DNA of 64,000 nucleotides from a bacterium (GTDB lineage Bacteria; Zhuqueibacterota; Zhuqueibacteria; Residuimicrobiales; Krinioviventaceae). Location of the stretch: assembly GCA_963675755.2 (NCBI GenBank), contig CAXXMD010000003.1:928001-992000 (forward strand), in the 5' to 3' direction. Positions 1 through 8,423 of this stretch are shown here, one piece after another; the first letter of the stretch is position 1; every line of letters starts with the position of its first letter. Under the pieces are notes generated by a model. It was given only the letters and a program-made list of their open reading frames with translations. It was not told the DNA's origin and did not search any database. Both the position numbers and the translations under genes were made by a program.

Positions 1-123
1 CAAAACAACGACTTGACTCTATATTGTCAGTGTTGCTTTTTGGGAACAATTGTTATAAAATGTCGTCAAATACGTGGTATAATTATTGTATTACATTTTC
101 GTACTTGTAAAATAAAGAGAAAA

Positions 124-1224
124 ATGGAAATGGATGCTTTATACATTAAAACACCGCAGTATCGATACGGCCCACTAAAGACCACAGATGCCCCCTGGTT
201 TATTGAAGAAGGTCTCTCCACCGACCGGGATCTTGTCTGGACTCCAAAAACCAATGAATGGACACCCATTGGCAAGATTGAGCAATTTAAACCTTATTTC
301 GACAAGATGAAAAAGAAAACCGGGAGATCCAAAGTCTACGCGTTTGCCAGCGGCAAAGGTGGAGTAGGAAAAACCGCGATTACCGCTTCAATGGCTATTG
401 AACTGGGTGCACTTGGCAAAAAAGTGATCATCGTAGATGCTGATTTAGGTGGTCCTGATCTGCACGAATGGGTTGGCGTTAGCAGGCCTCCCATTACTTT
501 GAATACCTTTTTTCAATACAAAGGTGTTAAACTTCAACAGCTACTGGTTGAAACCCCTTATCCCAATGTACAACTGATTGGTGGAGAGATTGCAAACATT
601 GCACACTCGAATCCCAATTTCTTTAGCAGAAGCAAATTCCATAGACATCTGCACCAGCTTGAAGCGGATTTTGTTCTGGTTGACATGAGCCCAGGTGTTT
701 CTTACCAGACGATTGACTTGTTTCTGGCATGTGACAATGGAATCATTGTAACCATTCCGGATCCTACATCCTTTATGGATGCGTTCAACTTTATACGGGT
801 CAGCATAATCCGTAAATTACTTAAAGCACTTGAATTCTGTGAATTTTCCACAGCCAAGATCAAAGAATTTGAACATTGGGATTGGCAAAAATACGAAAAC
901 TCGCTCTACTCTGTGTTTGAGAAAATTCAAAATTACGATCCTCGTGCCGCGTCTTTCTTTATGGCTACCATTCAAAGTTTTAAACCTAAAATGGTGACCA
1001 ATATGGTATATAGTGAAGAAGAGGCTTCGGAAGCAGCCGCATTCAAAGAAAAGATAAAAAAATTACTCATGATCGACATCAATTATCTGGGTTATATCGA
1101 TTTCAGCAACCAATTGAGAAAATTGACCAAAGATATGCGCCCATTCGGCTTGTCTACGCCGGACGAAGGTAAAGCATATGAACCCAGCAAGATCCAGCTT
1201 TCTTTTCCACAAACTCAAAAATAA
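124..1224 (+). CDS. MinD/FlhG(FleN)-like P-loop ATPase with N-terminal GYF_2 (DUF4339)-like domain
   Basis: Deviant Walker A SGKGGVGKT, DADLGG and DMSPG motifs; N-terminal YGP...G....LVW.....W.P pattern of GYF_2. Start moved from 13 to the in-frame ATG at 124. Confidence 0.8.
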   Translation: MEMDALYIKTPQYRYGPLKTTDAPWFIEEGLSTDRDLVWTPKTNEWTPIGKIEQFKPYFDKMKKKTGRSKVYAFASGKGGVGKTAITASMAIELGALGKKVIIVDADLGGPDLHEWVGVSRPPITLNTFFQYKGVKLQQLLVETPYPNVQLIGGEIANIAHSNPNFFSRSKFHRHLHQLEADFVLVDMSPGVSYQTIDLFLACDNGIIVTIPDPTSFMDAFNFIRVSIIRKLLKALEFCEFSTAKIKEFEHWDWQKYENSLYSVFEKIQNYDPRAASFFMATIQSFKPKMVTNMVYSEEEASEAAAFKEKIKKLLMIDINYLGYIDFSNQLRKLTKDMRPFGLSTPDEGKAYEPSKIQLSFPQTQK

Positions 1225-1251
1225 AAAACCGGGTGAATTTCACCCGGTTTT
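1225..1251 (+). terminator. Intrinsic terminator-like hairpin
   Basis: AAAACCGGGTGAA-T-TTCACCCGGTTTT perfect inverted repeat directly after the stop codon. Confidence 0.75.
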
Positions 1252-1435
1252 ACATTCCCTATCTCGATGCAGCAACACCCTGACACCTTCTTTGCTCAAT
1301 ATTTTCAATGCCTTACATATAATAAATAAAATCTTCTATTTATTATAAAATTAATCATTTTGTGATCCAGATCGGAATTTGTTTTTCTAAATATTCGTTT
1401 AATGAGCAGTTCATTACTCATAAAACAGGATTTTT

Positions 1436-1906
1436 ATGCGTCTTTTGACAATATTTCGATTATTTTTGCTATTATCACCCCTGCTCTGGTTATCGTGCGA
1501 AATCGATCATGGCCTGGGTACAATGGATTCCCGTATCTCGGGAAAAATCATTCTGCTGAATCCGGATCAAAAGCCCGATTATGTTGAATCTGTACGTATT
1601 GTGGGTGTGGTGAATTTCCCGCCCGAATCCCTGGGCGATGTAGTATTTACCAATCGTTCGGTCAATTTAAGCAAAGCCGAACCCGATTATTACATTCCGG
1701 CTCCTCTTGGCACCTATCATCTGATTGTTGCTGTTTACAAGGTCAAAGGTAAAGAATGGGATTATTTGAAATGGCTGGGATATTATGGTTTTGATCCTGT
1801 TACCTGGGAAAGCAAGGAAACCACAATCACCCTTTCCAAAAACCATCCCGTTGCCACAGGTATTGACATTGTTTGCGACTGGTCACTTTTACCGGATGAG
1901 GAGTAA
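1436..1906 (+). CDS. Uncharacterised lipoprotein (TBDR partner 1)
   Basis: Signal peptide with LSC lipobox; abuts the downstream TBDR; shares the LGYY...GI[DE]I..DW C-terminal motif with 7595..8407. Confidence 0.75.
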   Translation: MRLLTIFRLFLLLSPLLWLSCEIDHGLGTMDSRISGKIILLNPDQKPDYVESVRIVGVVNFPPESLGDVVFTNRSVNLSKAEPDYYIPAPLGTYHLIVAVYKVKGKEWDYLKWLGYYGFDPVTWESKETTITLSKNHPVATGIDIVCDWSLLPDEE

Positions 1907-4051
1907 ATGATGCGGAACAGAATCTATATTGCGTTTATAATCATTTTTTTAACTGCTTGCAGCTTGTCCGCTGCAGTGACCGGCACAATCAAGGGAACCT
2001 TGCGTGCGACAGATACAAAAGGCTTTCTACCGGGAGCCAATGTGTTTATTGAAAACACCTTTATAGGGTCCGGCACAGACGAAAAAGGCAATTACACAAT
2101 CCGCATTCAACCCGGATCATACGTCATCAAAGCCAGCTTTATGGGTTATGGAACACAAACAGCAAACATCACAGTTCGTGCCAACCAGACTGTACTACAG
2201 GACTTTATTCTGACACCCACCACACTGCAAACAGAACAGATTGTGGTTACCGGTTCCAGACAGCCGGAAACACTAGCCTCTGCGGCTTCCAGCATCAATA
2301 TTCTGGGACAGCGGGACATAAAGCGGCGCAACGCGTTCCGCATTGATGATGCCCTGCTCAGCGTTCCTGGTGTAACCATTGTTGGCGAAAATGTCAACAT
2401 CCGGGGTGGTTCCGGCTACAATCGCCTGGGCGGAAGCCGCTCACTGGTGCTGCTGGATGGTGTGCCTATCCTGACCAGCGATCTGGGAACTGCTAACTGG
2501 AACATTCTGCCCGTTACCGAGATCGAGCATATGGAAGTGCTCAAAGGTGCGGCATCATCTTTATACGGTTCAGGTGCTCTTAGCGGTGTAATCAATATTT
2601 TCACAAAGATGCCGTCTAACGATCTGAGCGTATCCTTCCGACAAAGCGCCGGTATTTATGACGAGCCTTCCGTTCCCGAATGGAAATGGACTAACGAATC
2701 CCTGTATTACCAGAGAACAGATGTCAGTCTCTCAGACAGTTATGGTCCGGTGGGTTTACGCCTTGCTGTATCTCACCACAAATCGACAGGTGACAGGCAA
2801 AATGGATTTTTTGAACGCTGGTACTTTACCGGCAAGTCTCACATCCAGCTTCCGGGACAATCGACATTGACCCTGTTCTCCACCTATAGCATTGATGATC
2901 GTGAACTGTTTCTGCAATGGCTGGAGCAGGACCAGGCACTCAAGGTCCCGCCTACCGAATTGGGCAACCGATACACCATTGATGGATTTGTAGGATATGC
3001 GGTATTTAACAAACTGTTCTCCCCCACATTGTCCACCAAAGTCAGGTTATCTTATAATCAGCAGCTTGTAGGTGTACCCTTTAATATCACCAGCGCTTTT
3101 ACACCTGCACTGGGATTAAGTGGTGAAGCCCAGGTCAACTGGAAACCACATCCTGACCATAGCTTGTCCATGGGTGTAGACTACAAGTATGACGAGGTGG
3201 AATCCCAATATTACGGTCAGCGCTACGCCAATGGTATCTCACCATACCTGCAGGAGATCTGGCAGATCACCAACCTGCTGCAAATCAATACCGGAGTGCG
3301 GCTGGACACTTATACGCTGGTTGGAGATTCGACCGAATGGCAGGCATCCCCCAAGATCGGCGCCAGCTACCAACCTCTACTGGGAACAGTTTTGCATGCG
3401 TCATGGGGCATGGGATTCCGTGCCGCAACTGTAGTTGAACGATTCATCTCTGCGGGATCAAGCGATTTTAAAGCGCTGCCGAATCCGGATCTGATGCCGG
3501 AACGATCAAAACTATTTGACATAGGTATAAGGCAAAACATTGGTGAAAAAGCATATGCCGAAGTTACTTTTTTCAATAGCACATACAAGCATCTCATAGA
3601 ACCTACTTTAAAATCTGACTTGACTGCGCAATTTCTCAACTATCCCCGGGCCAGAATTACGGGTATTGAAGCAGAGATGCGCTGGGACCTGTGGCAAGAC
3701 CATATAAAACTGCAGGCTTCTGCCACCTATATGGACCCCAAAGATCTTGAAACTGACGAGCCCCTGATTTATCGTGCAAAATTTTTAGGATATGTGTCAC
3801 CGGGACTCTATTACGGTCCCTTTGCGCTTGAAGCAGATTACCGCTACATGAGTGAAATCAAAAAAGTAGCCGTGTATCCCTTAGATGAAAAAGTACCTAC
3901 AAAAATCTGGGATATTCGATTGAATTACCGCTGGAATGCACTGACATTTCAAATACAGATAAAGAATGCATTAAATTACAACTATACGGTTTCCGAACGC
4001 GTACTGGGAGAGATCCGCAATTTCATGTTCTCGGTAAGCGGAGACTTTTAA
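1907..4051 (+). CDS. TonB-dependent receptor with N-terminal carboxypeptidase-regulatory-like domain
   Basis: Signal peptide; GTIKG..GANV domain; IVVTGSR TonB-box region; plug motifs NIRG, LLDGVP, EVLKGAASSLYGSGALSGVINI; C-terminal Phe. Confidence 0.93.
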   Translation: MMRNRIYIAFIIIFLTACSLSAAVTGTIKGTLRATDTKGFLPGANVFIENTFIGSGTDEKGNYTIRIQPGSYVIKASFMGYGTQTANITVRANQTVLQDFILTPTTLQTEQIVVTGSRQPETLASAASSINILGQRDIKRRNAFRIDDALLSVPGVTIVGENVNIRGGSGYNRLGGSRSLVLLDGVPILTSDLGTANWNILPVTEIEHMEVLKGAASSLYGSGALSGVINIFTKMPSNDLSVSFRQSAGIYDEPSVPEWKWTNESLYYQRTDVSLSDSYGPVGLRLAVSHHKSTGDRQNGFFERWYFTGKSHIQLPGQSTLTLFSTYSIDDRELFLQWLEQDQALKVPPTELGNRYTIDGFVGYAVFNKLFSPTLSTKVRLSYNQQLVGVPFNITSAFTPALGLSGEAQVNWKPHPDHSLSMGVDYKYDEVESQYYGQRYANGISPYLQEIWQITNLLQINTGVRLDTYTLVGDSTEWQASPKIGASYQPLLGTVLHASWGMGFRAATVVERFISAGSSDFKALPNPDLMPERSKLFDIGIRQNIGEKAYAEVTFFNSTYKHLIEPTLKSDLTAQFLNYPRARITGIEAEMRWDLWQDHIKLQASATYMDPKDLETDEPLIYRAKFLGYVSPGLYYGPFALEADYRYMSEIKKVAVYPLDEKVPTKIWDIRLNYRWNALTFQIQIKNALNYNYTVSERVLGEIRNFMFSVSGDF

Positions 4052-4061
4052 GGAGTCTGTT

Positions 4062-5747
4062 ATGAAACGAATGATATTTATACTATTTTCAATTCTCTTA
4101 TTTTTGGGAACAGCCTATTCACAAACAAAAACCCTTGATCGTCAGTATACACCTATCGTCCTTGGCGATCTGGAGGCACCCATTGCCGGCAGCGAGCGCG
4201 CGTTGTGGAGTGCCTGGTCATACGATCAATCCACCAACTCGTGGACAAGCGTACCCTTTCAAATCGACGATATCAAGTCAAATGGCGGATACGAACATAC
4301 TGCATCATCCATCAATCCCATTATCGGAGCAGAAGACGAATTGGTATTCATGCCGGGTGACCTGGGCGATAAAGCTCCTGCATCCGAATGGCTGGTTGAT
4401 GCAAATTCTGAAACAGATACACGGCTGGAACTGGAATTCACCGACCCTCTTGACGCTTCAAAACAGGGATGGGTATATCTTTACAAAAATGTTATAGAAA
4501 TAGCATTGCATAACGGATATTTTGATTACTCTCCACCGCCAAATCCTTCCGTTTCAGCAGCGGACACGGTTTTTAGCCGTTATTACAAACTGGCGCATCA
4601 AAACAATGGTTTTTTCAATTATCTGACTTTTGACAACAATCCTGACCTTGACCTGCTTGACCGCCTGAAAATGCGTTTTGATGCAAATTCTTCGTTAATC
4701 CCCACAGACATCAAGATCAATGAGAACAGCATTACGCCTAAAACCGATACTGCCGAGGGCTCTCCGGTATCTGCATTTCCAGGAGAGGTACGGTTATTCA
4801 GAGATATTCGCGACAAGTTCAATGTTGATCTGTCTGTACTGAGTCTCGATCTGGACCTGGACCCCAAACTGCAATATTTCCCCTATTCAATCCAGGGAGA
4901 GGTGGATCTGAACATTGGCGGTGCGTTTCTGGGCCAGGTTCGTGTCAATTTCATTCGCTTGTCACTGGACATGTCTCCCAATGCTTCCAGCATGACCTAT
5001 TATAGCAATAAAAACAGGGATGGATTTACCATTGATGGTGAACCGGAAACGCCGGAAGCAATAGTTGACGAACCTTTTGCGTTAAACTGGATGATGGCAA
5101 CCGGTGAAAAGGGGACGATCATTTTAATGCTGCAAATGCCCGAGGTGGAACGCGGCAACACCACCCTGTTTTATTATGACGATAAAAATGGCGGTTCCAA
5201 AGACGGATCAGACGATACCGGCGATCTGAAATCCTATGGAGATATGGGTATGTGGAGCAAGACAAACAGCGACGGCCTTAAAGTCAGTCAGGTCTTTTTT
5301 CGCTACTCGCTCTATTTCATAAATCAGGATATAAGCCAGAATGCCGCAGACCTGGGTGATCTGCTTACAGAACAGCACCTGAATCCACTCACCTTATCTG
5401 TAGCAGAACAGGAATATTTATCTACAAATATCACTGACAACACAATACAACCATTAGATTTTGAGCTCAATGCGGCATATCCGAATCCATATCAAATTGG
5501 CAATGGAAATGTCACTTTTTCTTTTCAAAATATTAACTTGCATAAAAATGTTCAATTGAGTATATACAATATACTGGGGCAAAAGGTCATGCAATTCAAC
5601 AATATCAGCCTCATTCCCGAATCCTCTCAGGCACTTTCCTGGGATGGTAAGGATCTAAACGGACAGCCGGTCAGCCAGGGTATCTATTTTTACCGCGTAA
5701 CCGGCACAAATCAACAGTTGTCAGGCAAACTGCTGATCATGAATTAA
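4062..5747 (+). CDS. Secreted protein of unknown function with C-terminal FlgD-Ig/Por-type sorting domain
   Basis: Signal peptide; AYPNPY...IYNILGQKV...WDGKD.NG..VSQGIYFY tail; paralogous to the next gene. Confidence 0.8.
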   Translation: MKRMIFILFSILLFLGTAYSQTKTLDRQYTPIVLGDLEAPIAGSERALWSAWSYDQSTNSWTSVPFQIDDIKSNGGYEHTASSINPIIGAEDELVFMPGDLGDKAPASEWLVDANSETDTRLELEFTDPLDASKQGWVYLYKNVIEIALHNGYFDYSPPPNPSVSAADTVFSRYYKLAHQNNGFFNYLTFDNNPDLDLLDRLKMRFDANSSLIPTDIKINENSITPKTDTAEGSPVSAFPGEVRLFRDIRDKFNVDLSVLSLDLDLDPKLQYFPYSIQGEVDLNIGGAFLGQVRVNFIRLSLDMSPNASSMTYYSNKNRDGFTIDGEPETPEAIVDEPFALNWMMATGEKGTIILMLQMPEVERGNTTLFYYDDKNGGSKDGSDDTGDLKSYGDMGMWSKTNSDGLKVSQVFFRYSLYFINQDISQNAADLGDLLTEQHLNPLTLSVAEQEYLSTNITDNTIQPLDFELNAAYPNPYQIGNGNVTFSFQNINLHKNVQLSIYNILGQKVMQFNNISLIPESSQALSWDGKDLNGQPVSQGIYFYRVTGTNQQLSGKLLIMN

Positions 5748-5823
5748 ATAGTATCGTCAGGAACATATACAGAATCAATTTTGTTTTTATGAACTAGTGG
5801 TAGATTTATTTAAAGGATATATC

Positions 5824-7584
5824 ATGAAAAAAATAACACTATATCGCATATTTGCATTATTAATAGTACCTGTTCTTATGTTTGCAGGTACATTAAAAGA
5901 AGATAGAGGATACGAATATGTAATGATACAAGAAACCGGCCCAAACATAAATACGCCAGAAGAAATGCCAGTAGACAGTATTTTCATATTTGCATACAAC
6001 CAGATGGACCAATCATGGAGCATCATTCCCTTTCAAGTTGATGAAAGAATATATGGCCCGGATCCACTAAGTAAAAACATGAGCGGCAATGACTGGTTTT
6101 ACTTTGAACTGTGGGGAGACAATGCTCCAGATTCTTTAAAGTTTAATAAAATCTATGACAGGAATGATGATATTGTATTTCTAGTAAGAGATATGGGCGA
6201 TCAAGCTCCTGCTAACAGCTGGATCGATGACGAAGACTCTAAGAAATATAAACGTGTTGAAATCAAAGTATCTTCAGCTTTGGATTCCAACAAAACTGCA
6301 TTTGCTTATCTCTATCGGTCAAAAACACTGTCACAAGAAGATATACCAAGACCATATAATTTTTCCTATGATGCAACAAACGATATCATGTCAACTGAAT
6401 ATTATTCCATAGGTCTCGCCTCTCAAGGTTTAGCTGAATCAATAGCATTACCAGGAAATAAAACCCTGAATATACTAGACAGAATGAAAGCTCGCTTAGG
6501 TGGTGTTATTGATCTGCCGGCTCCCTTTGGCACTCAGGACATTACATTAACCGAAGATCAATTATTAAACAATGACATAATGATCTCAAAGAATTCCGTT
6601 GTACGATCAATCCGAATCGCAAAATATAACTTTGAATTAGCGGGCCTGGTAGAAGATGACTACTATTTTTGGGTAGACCAACAATTTTACCCTTTTCAAA
6701 TCAGAGTCTGGGGAGGAGATACGCTGGATGTAAAAGCACTTGAAGACAATATGGGTGAAGGGCTGGAACTGGACATGAAAAACCTGAGATTCTCCTGGGA
6801 TCTGAATGCAAACGCAATTGGAATGAAATATTATAATCCTTATAATCAGGGTATTTTAATTGATGGTACTATGGATAACCCTGACTATACTATTGATGTT
6901 CCACCTTTAAGCTCGCCTCAACCATTATATATTAGCAGTATGGTCAGTGGTGACTTGGGGACAATATTGTGGTTTAGCAATTTCAGAGAAAAAAACTGGG
7001 AATCCGTTCAATCATACTATTACGACAATTTTGATGGTGGCTCAATGGATTATGATGTTTTTAAATGGATCGATACCGGTGACCAAGTATCTTATGGAGA
7101 CAATGGCATCCTGTTCCAATCAACAGGAAAAGATACGATTGATTTTTATCTTGATTATAACATCTATATTGTACCGGAATATAACAAAGATTTCATATTT
7201 TATTCGAACTTTAGAAATAATATCGAAAACGATTCACTAAGAATAACAACTATTGCCAGTTCATATGATCCAACTAGCGATATTGAACACAAAGAAACAG
7301 CAATAGAATCATTTAACTTGCAACAAAACTATCCCAATCCATTCAACAACTCTACACGGATCAAATTTGAGATACCGACAAAAAGTCATGTACAATTATC
7401 GATATACGACATGAACGGACGGCTTGTTAAAACTCTGGTCAACAGCGCCATGTCAGCCGGACAGCATAATGTTCATTGGAATGGAACGAATATGAATGGT
7501 ACGTCTGTTCCTTCCGGTGTTTACATCTACAAATTGGATACAGAATCAAAATCAATTTCTAAAAAACTGATACTGGTAAAATAA
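5824..7584 (+). CDS. Secreted paralog of unknown function with C-terminal FlgD-Ig/Por-type sorting domain
   Basis: ATG at 5824 after AAGGA gives MKKITL signal peptide; QNYPNPFN...WNG...SGVYIY tail; shared motifs PFQ.D, D.GD.AP, LDR.K, DTGD..SYGD.G. Confidence 0.8.
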   Translation: MKKITLYRIFALLIVPVLMFAGTLKEDRGYEYVMIQETGPNINTPEEMPVDSIFIFAYNQMDQSWSIIPFQVDERIYGPDPLSKNMSGNDWFYFELWGDNAPDSLKFNKIYDRNDDIVFLVRDMGDQAPANSWIDDEDSKKYKRVEIKVSSALDSNKTAFAYLYRSKTLSQEDIPRPYNFSYDATNDIMSTEYYSIGLASQGLAESIALPGNKTLNILDRMKARLGGVIDLPAPFGTQDITLTEDQLLNNDIMISKNSVVRSIRIAKYNFELAGLVEDDYYFWVDQQFYPFQIRVWGGDTLDVKALEDNMGEGLELDMKNLRFSWDLNANAIGMKYYNPYNQGILIDGTMDNPDYTIDVPPLSSPQPLYISSMVSGDLGTILWFSNFREKNWESVQSYYYDNFDGGSMDYDVFKWIDTGDQVSYGDNGILFQSTGKDTIDFYLDYNIYIVPEYNKDFIFYSNFRNNIENDSLRITTIASSYDPTSDIEHKETAIESFNLQQNYPNPFNNSTRIKFEIPTKSHVQLSIYDMNGRLVKTLVNSAMSAGQHNVHWNGTNMNGTSVPSGVYIYKLDTESKSISKKLILVK

Positions 7585-7594
7585 AGACATTATT

Positions 7595-8407
7595 ATGACA
7601 AAACGATTCATCACGATTTTTTTCATTGTACTGATAACAGGATTTATATTCATATCCTGTAATAGTGATAACGGCATAGAACCTGTTCCGGGAACATTGG
7701 ACCTGGATGTTCTCTTTTATAAAGATTACATTCCTGATGACACTGAAGGTGTTTATGTGTTTGTTGCAAAAGACTTCCCGCCGCATGCCATAAATGAAAT
7801 GTTTCTCAGCCCCAACAGTATACCACTGGGTGAAGACACTGTCCATACCGAGCTTAGCCTCCCGTACGGACATTATGAGGCTATAGGTTTATGGTGGTAC
7901 AACAAAAACACCAAAACCAACCTTGCGGACGTGTTCACCCTGAAACTGGGCACAAACTTTTTGCCATACGAGTTTGATATTACAGAAGACGAACCAGTCC
8001 ATCAAACTCATATTTGGGCAAACCTGGAGCATGTCGAAAGAGATGCCTTTATTGAAGGAACTATCTACTTTAACGGACCGATCCCCTCCAATACGCTGGC
8101 AACCGCTATCGGCGCATATGCAAAAAAACCGGAGAAAAAGATTGATTATCTGATTTACCTGCAATCCATGGATTTTTCGATTGACGAAGCCCCATATCAT
8201 TTTAAACTGCCTGTAGAGGGCAAAGGAACGGTAAGATATCTTGCGGTTTTTTGGCTCTCTGACCGTTCCGGGCTTGACGATTTTAAGACTCTGGGCTATT
8301 ATGAAGATCCTGAAAATCCGGGTGTCCCCGCACAAATCAAGCTTAAATCCGGAGAAACGCTATCCGGTATTGAGATCCACGCAGACTGGGACAATATCAA
8401 TGATTAA
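7595..8407 (+). CDS. Uncharacterised two-domain lipoprotein (TBDR partner 2)
   Basis: ISC lipobox; appears to carry two copies of the domain in 1436..1906 (FPP motif in the first half, LGYY..GIEI..DW in the second). Confidence 0.75.
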   Translation: MTKRFITIFFIVLITGFIFISCNSDNGIEPVPGTLDLDVLFYKDYIPDDTEGVYVFVAKDFPPHAINEMFLSPNSIPLGEDTVHTELSLPYGHYEAIGLWWYNKNTKTNLADVFTLKLGTNFLPYEFDITEDEPVHQTHIWANLEHVERDAFIEGTIYFNGPIPSNTLATAIGAYAKKPEKKIDYLIYLQSMDFSIDEAPYHFKLPVEGKGTVRYLAVFWLSDRSGLDDFKTLGYYEDPENPGVPAQIKLKSGETLSGIEIHADWDNIND

Positions 8408-8423
8408 GCACGGAAATTCTATA

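Noticed and set aside
8241-8423. N-terminal extensions in the ORF track (also 13-123, 12659-12820, 14636-14689 and 62871-62927)
   Set aside because: Downstream starts have better RBS and/or signal-peptide context, and the 8241 extension overlaps the upstream gene.
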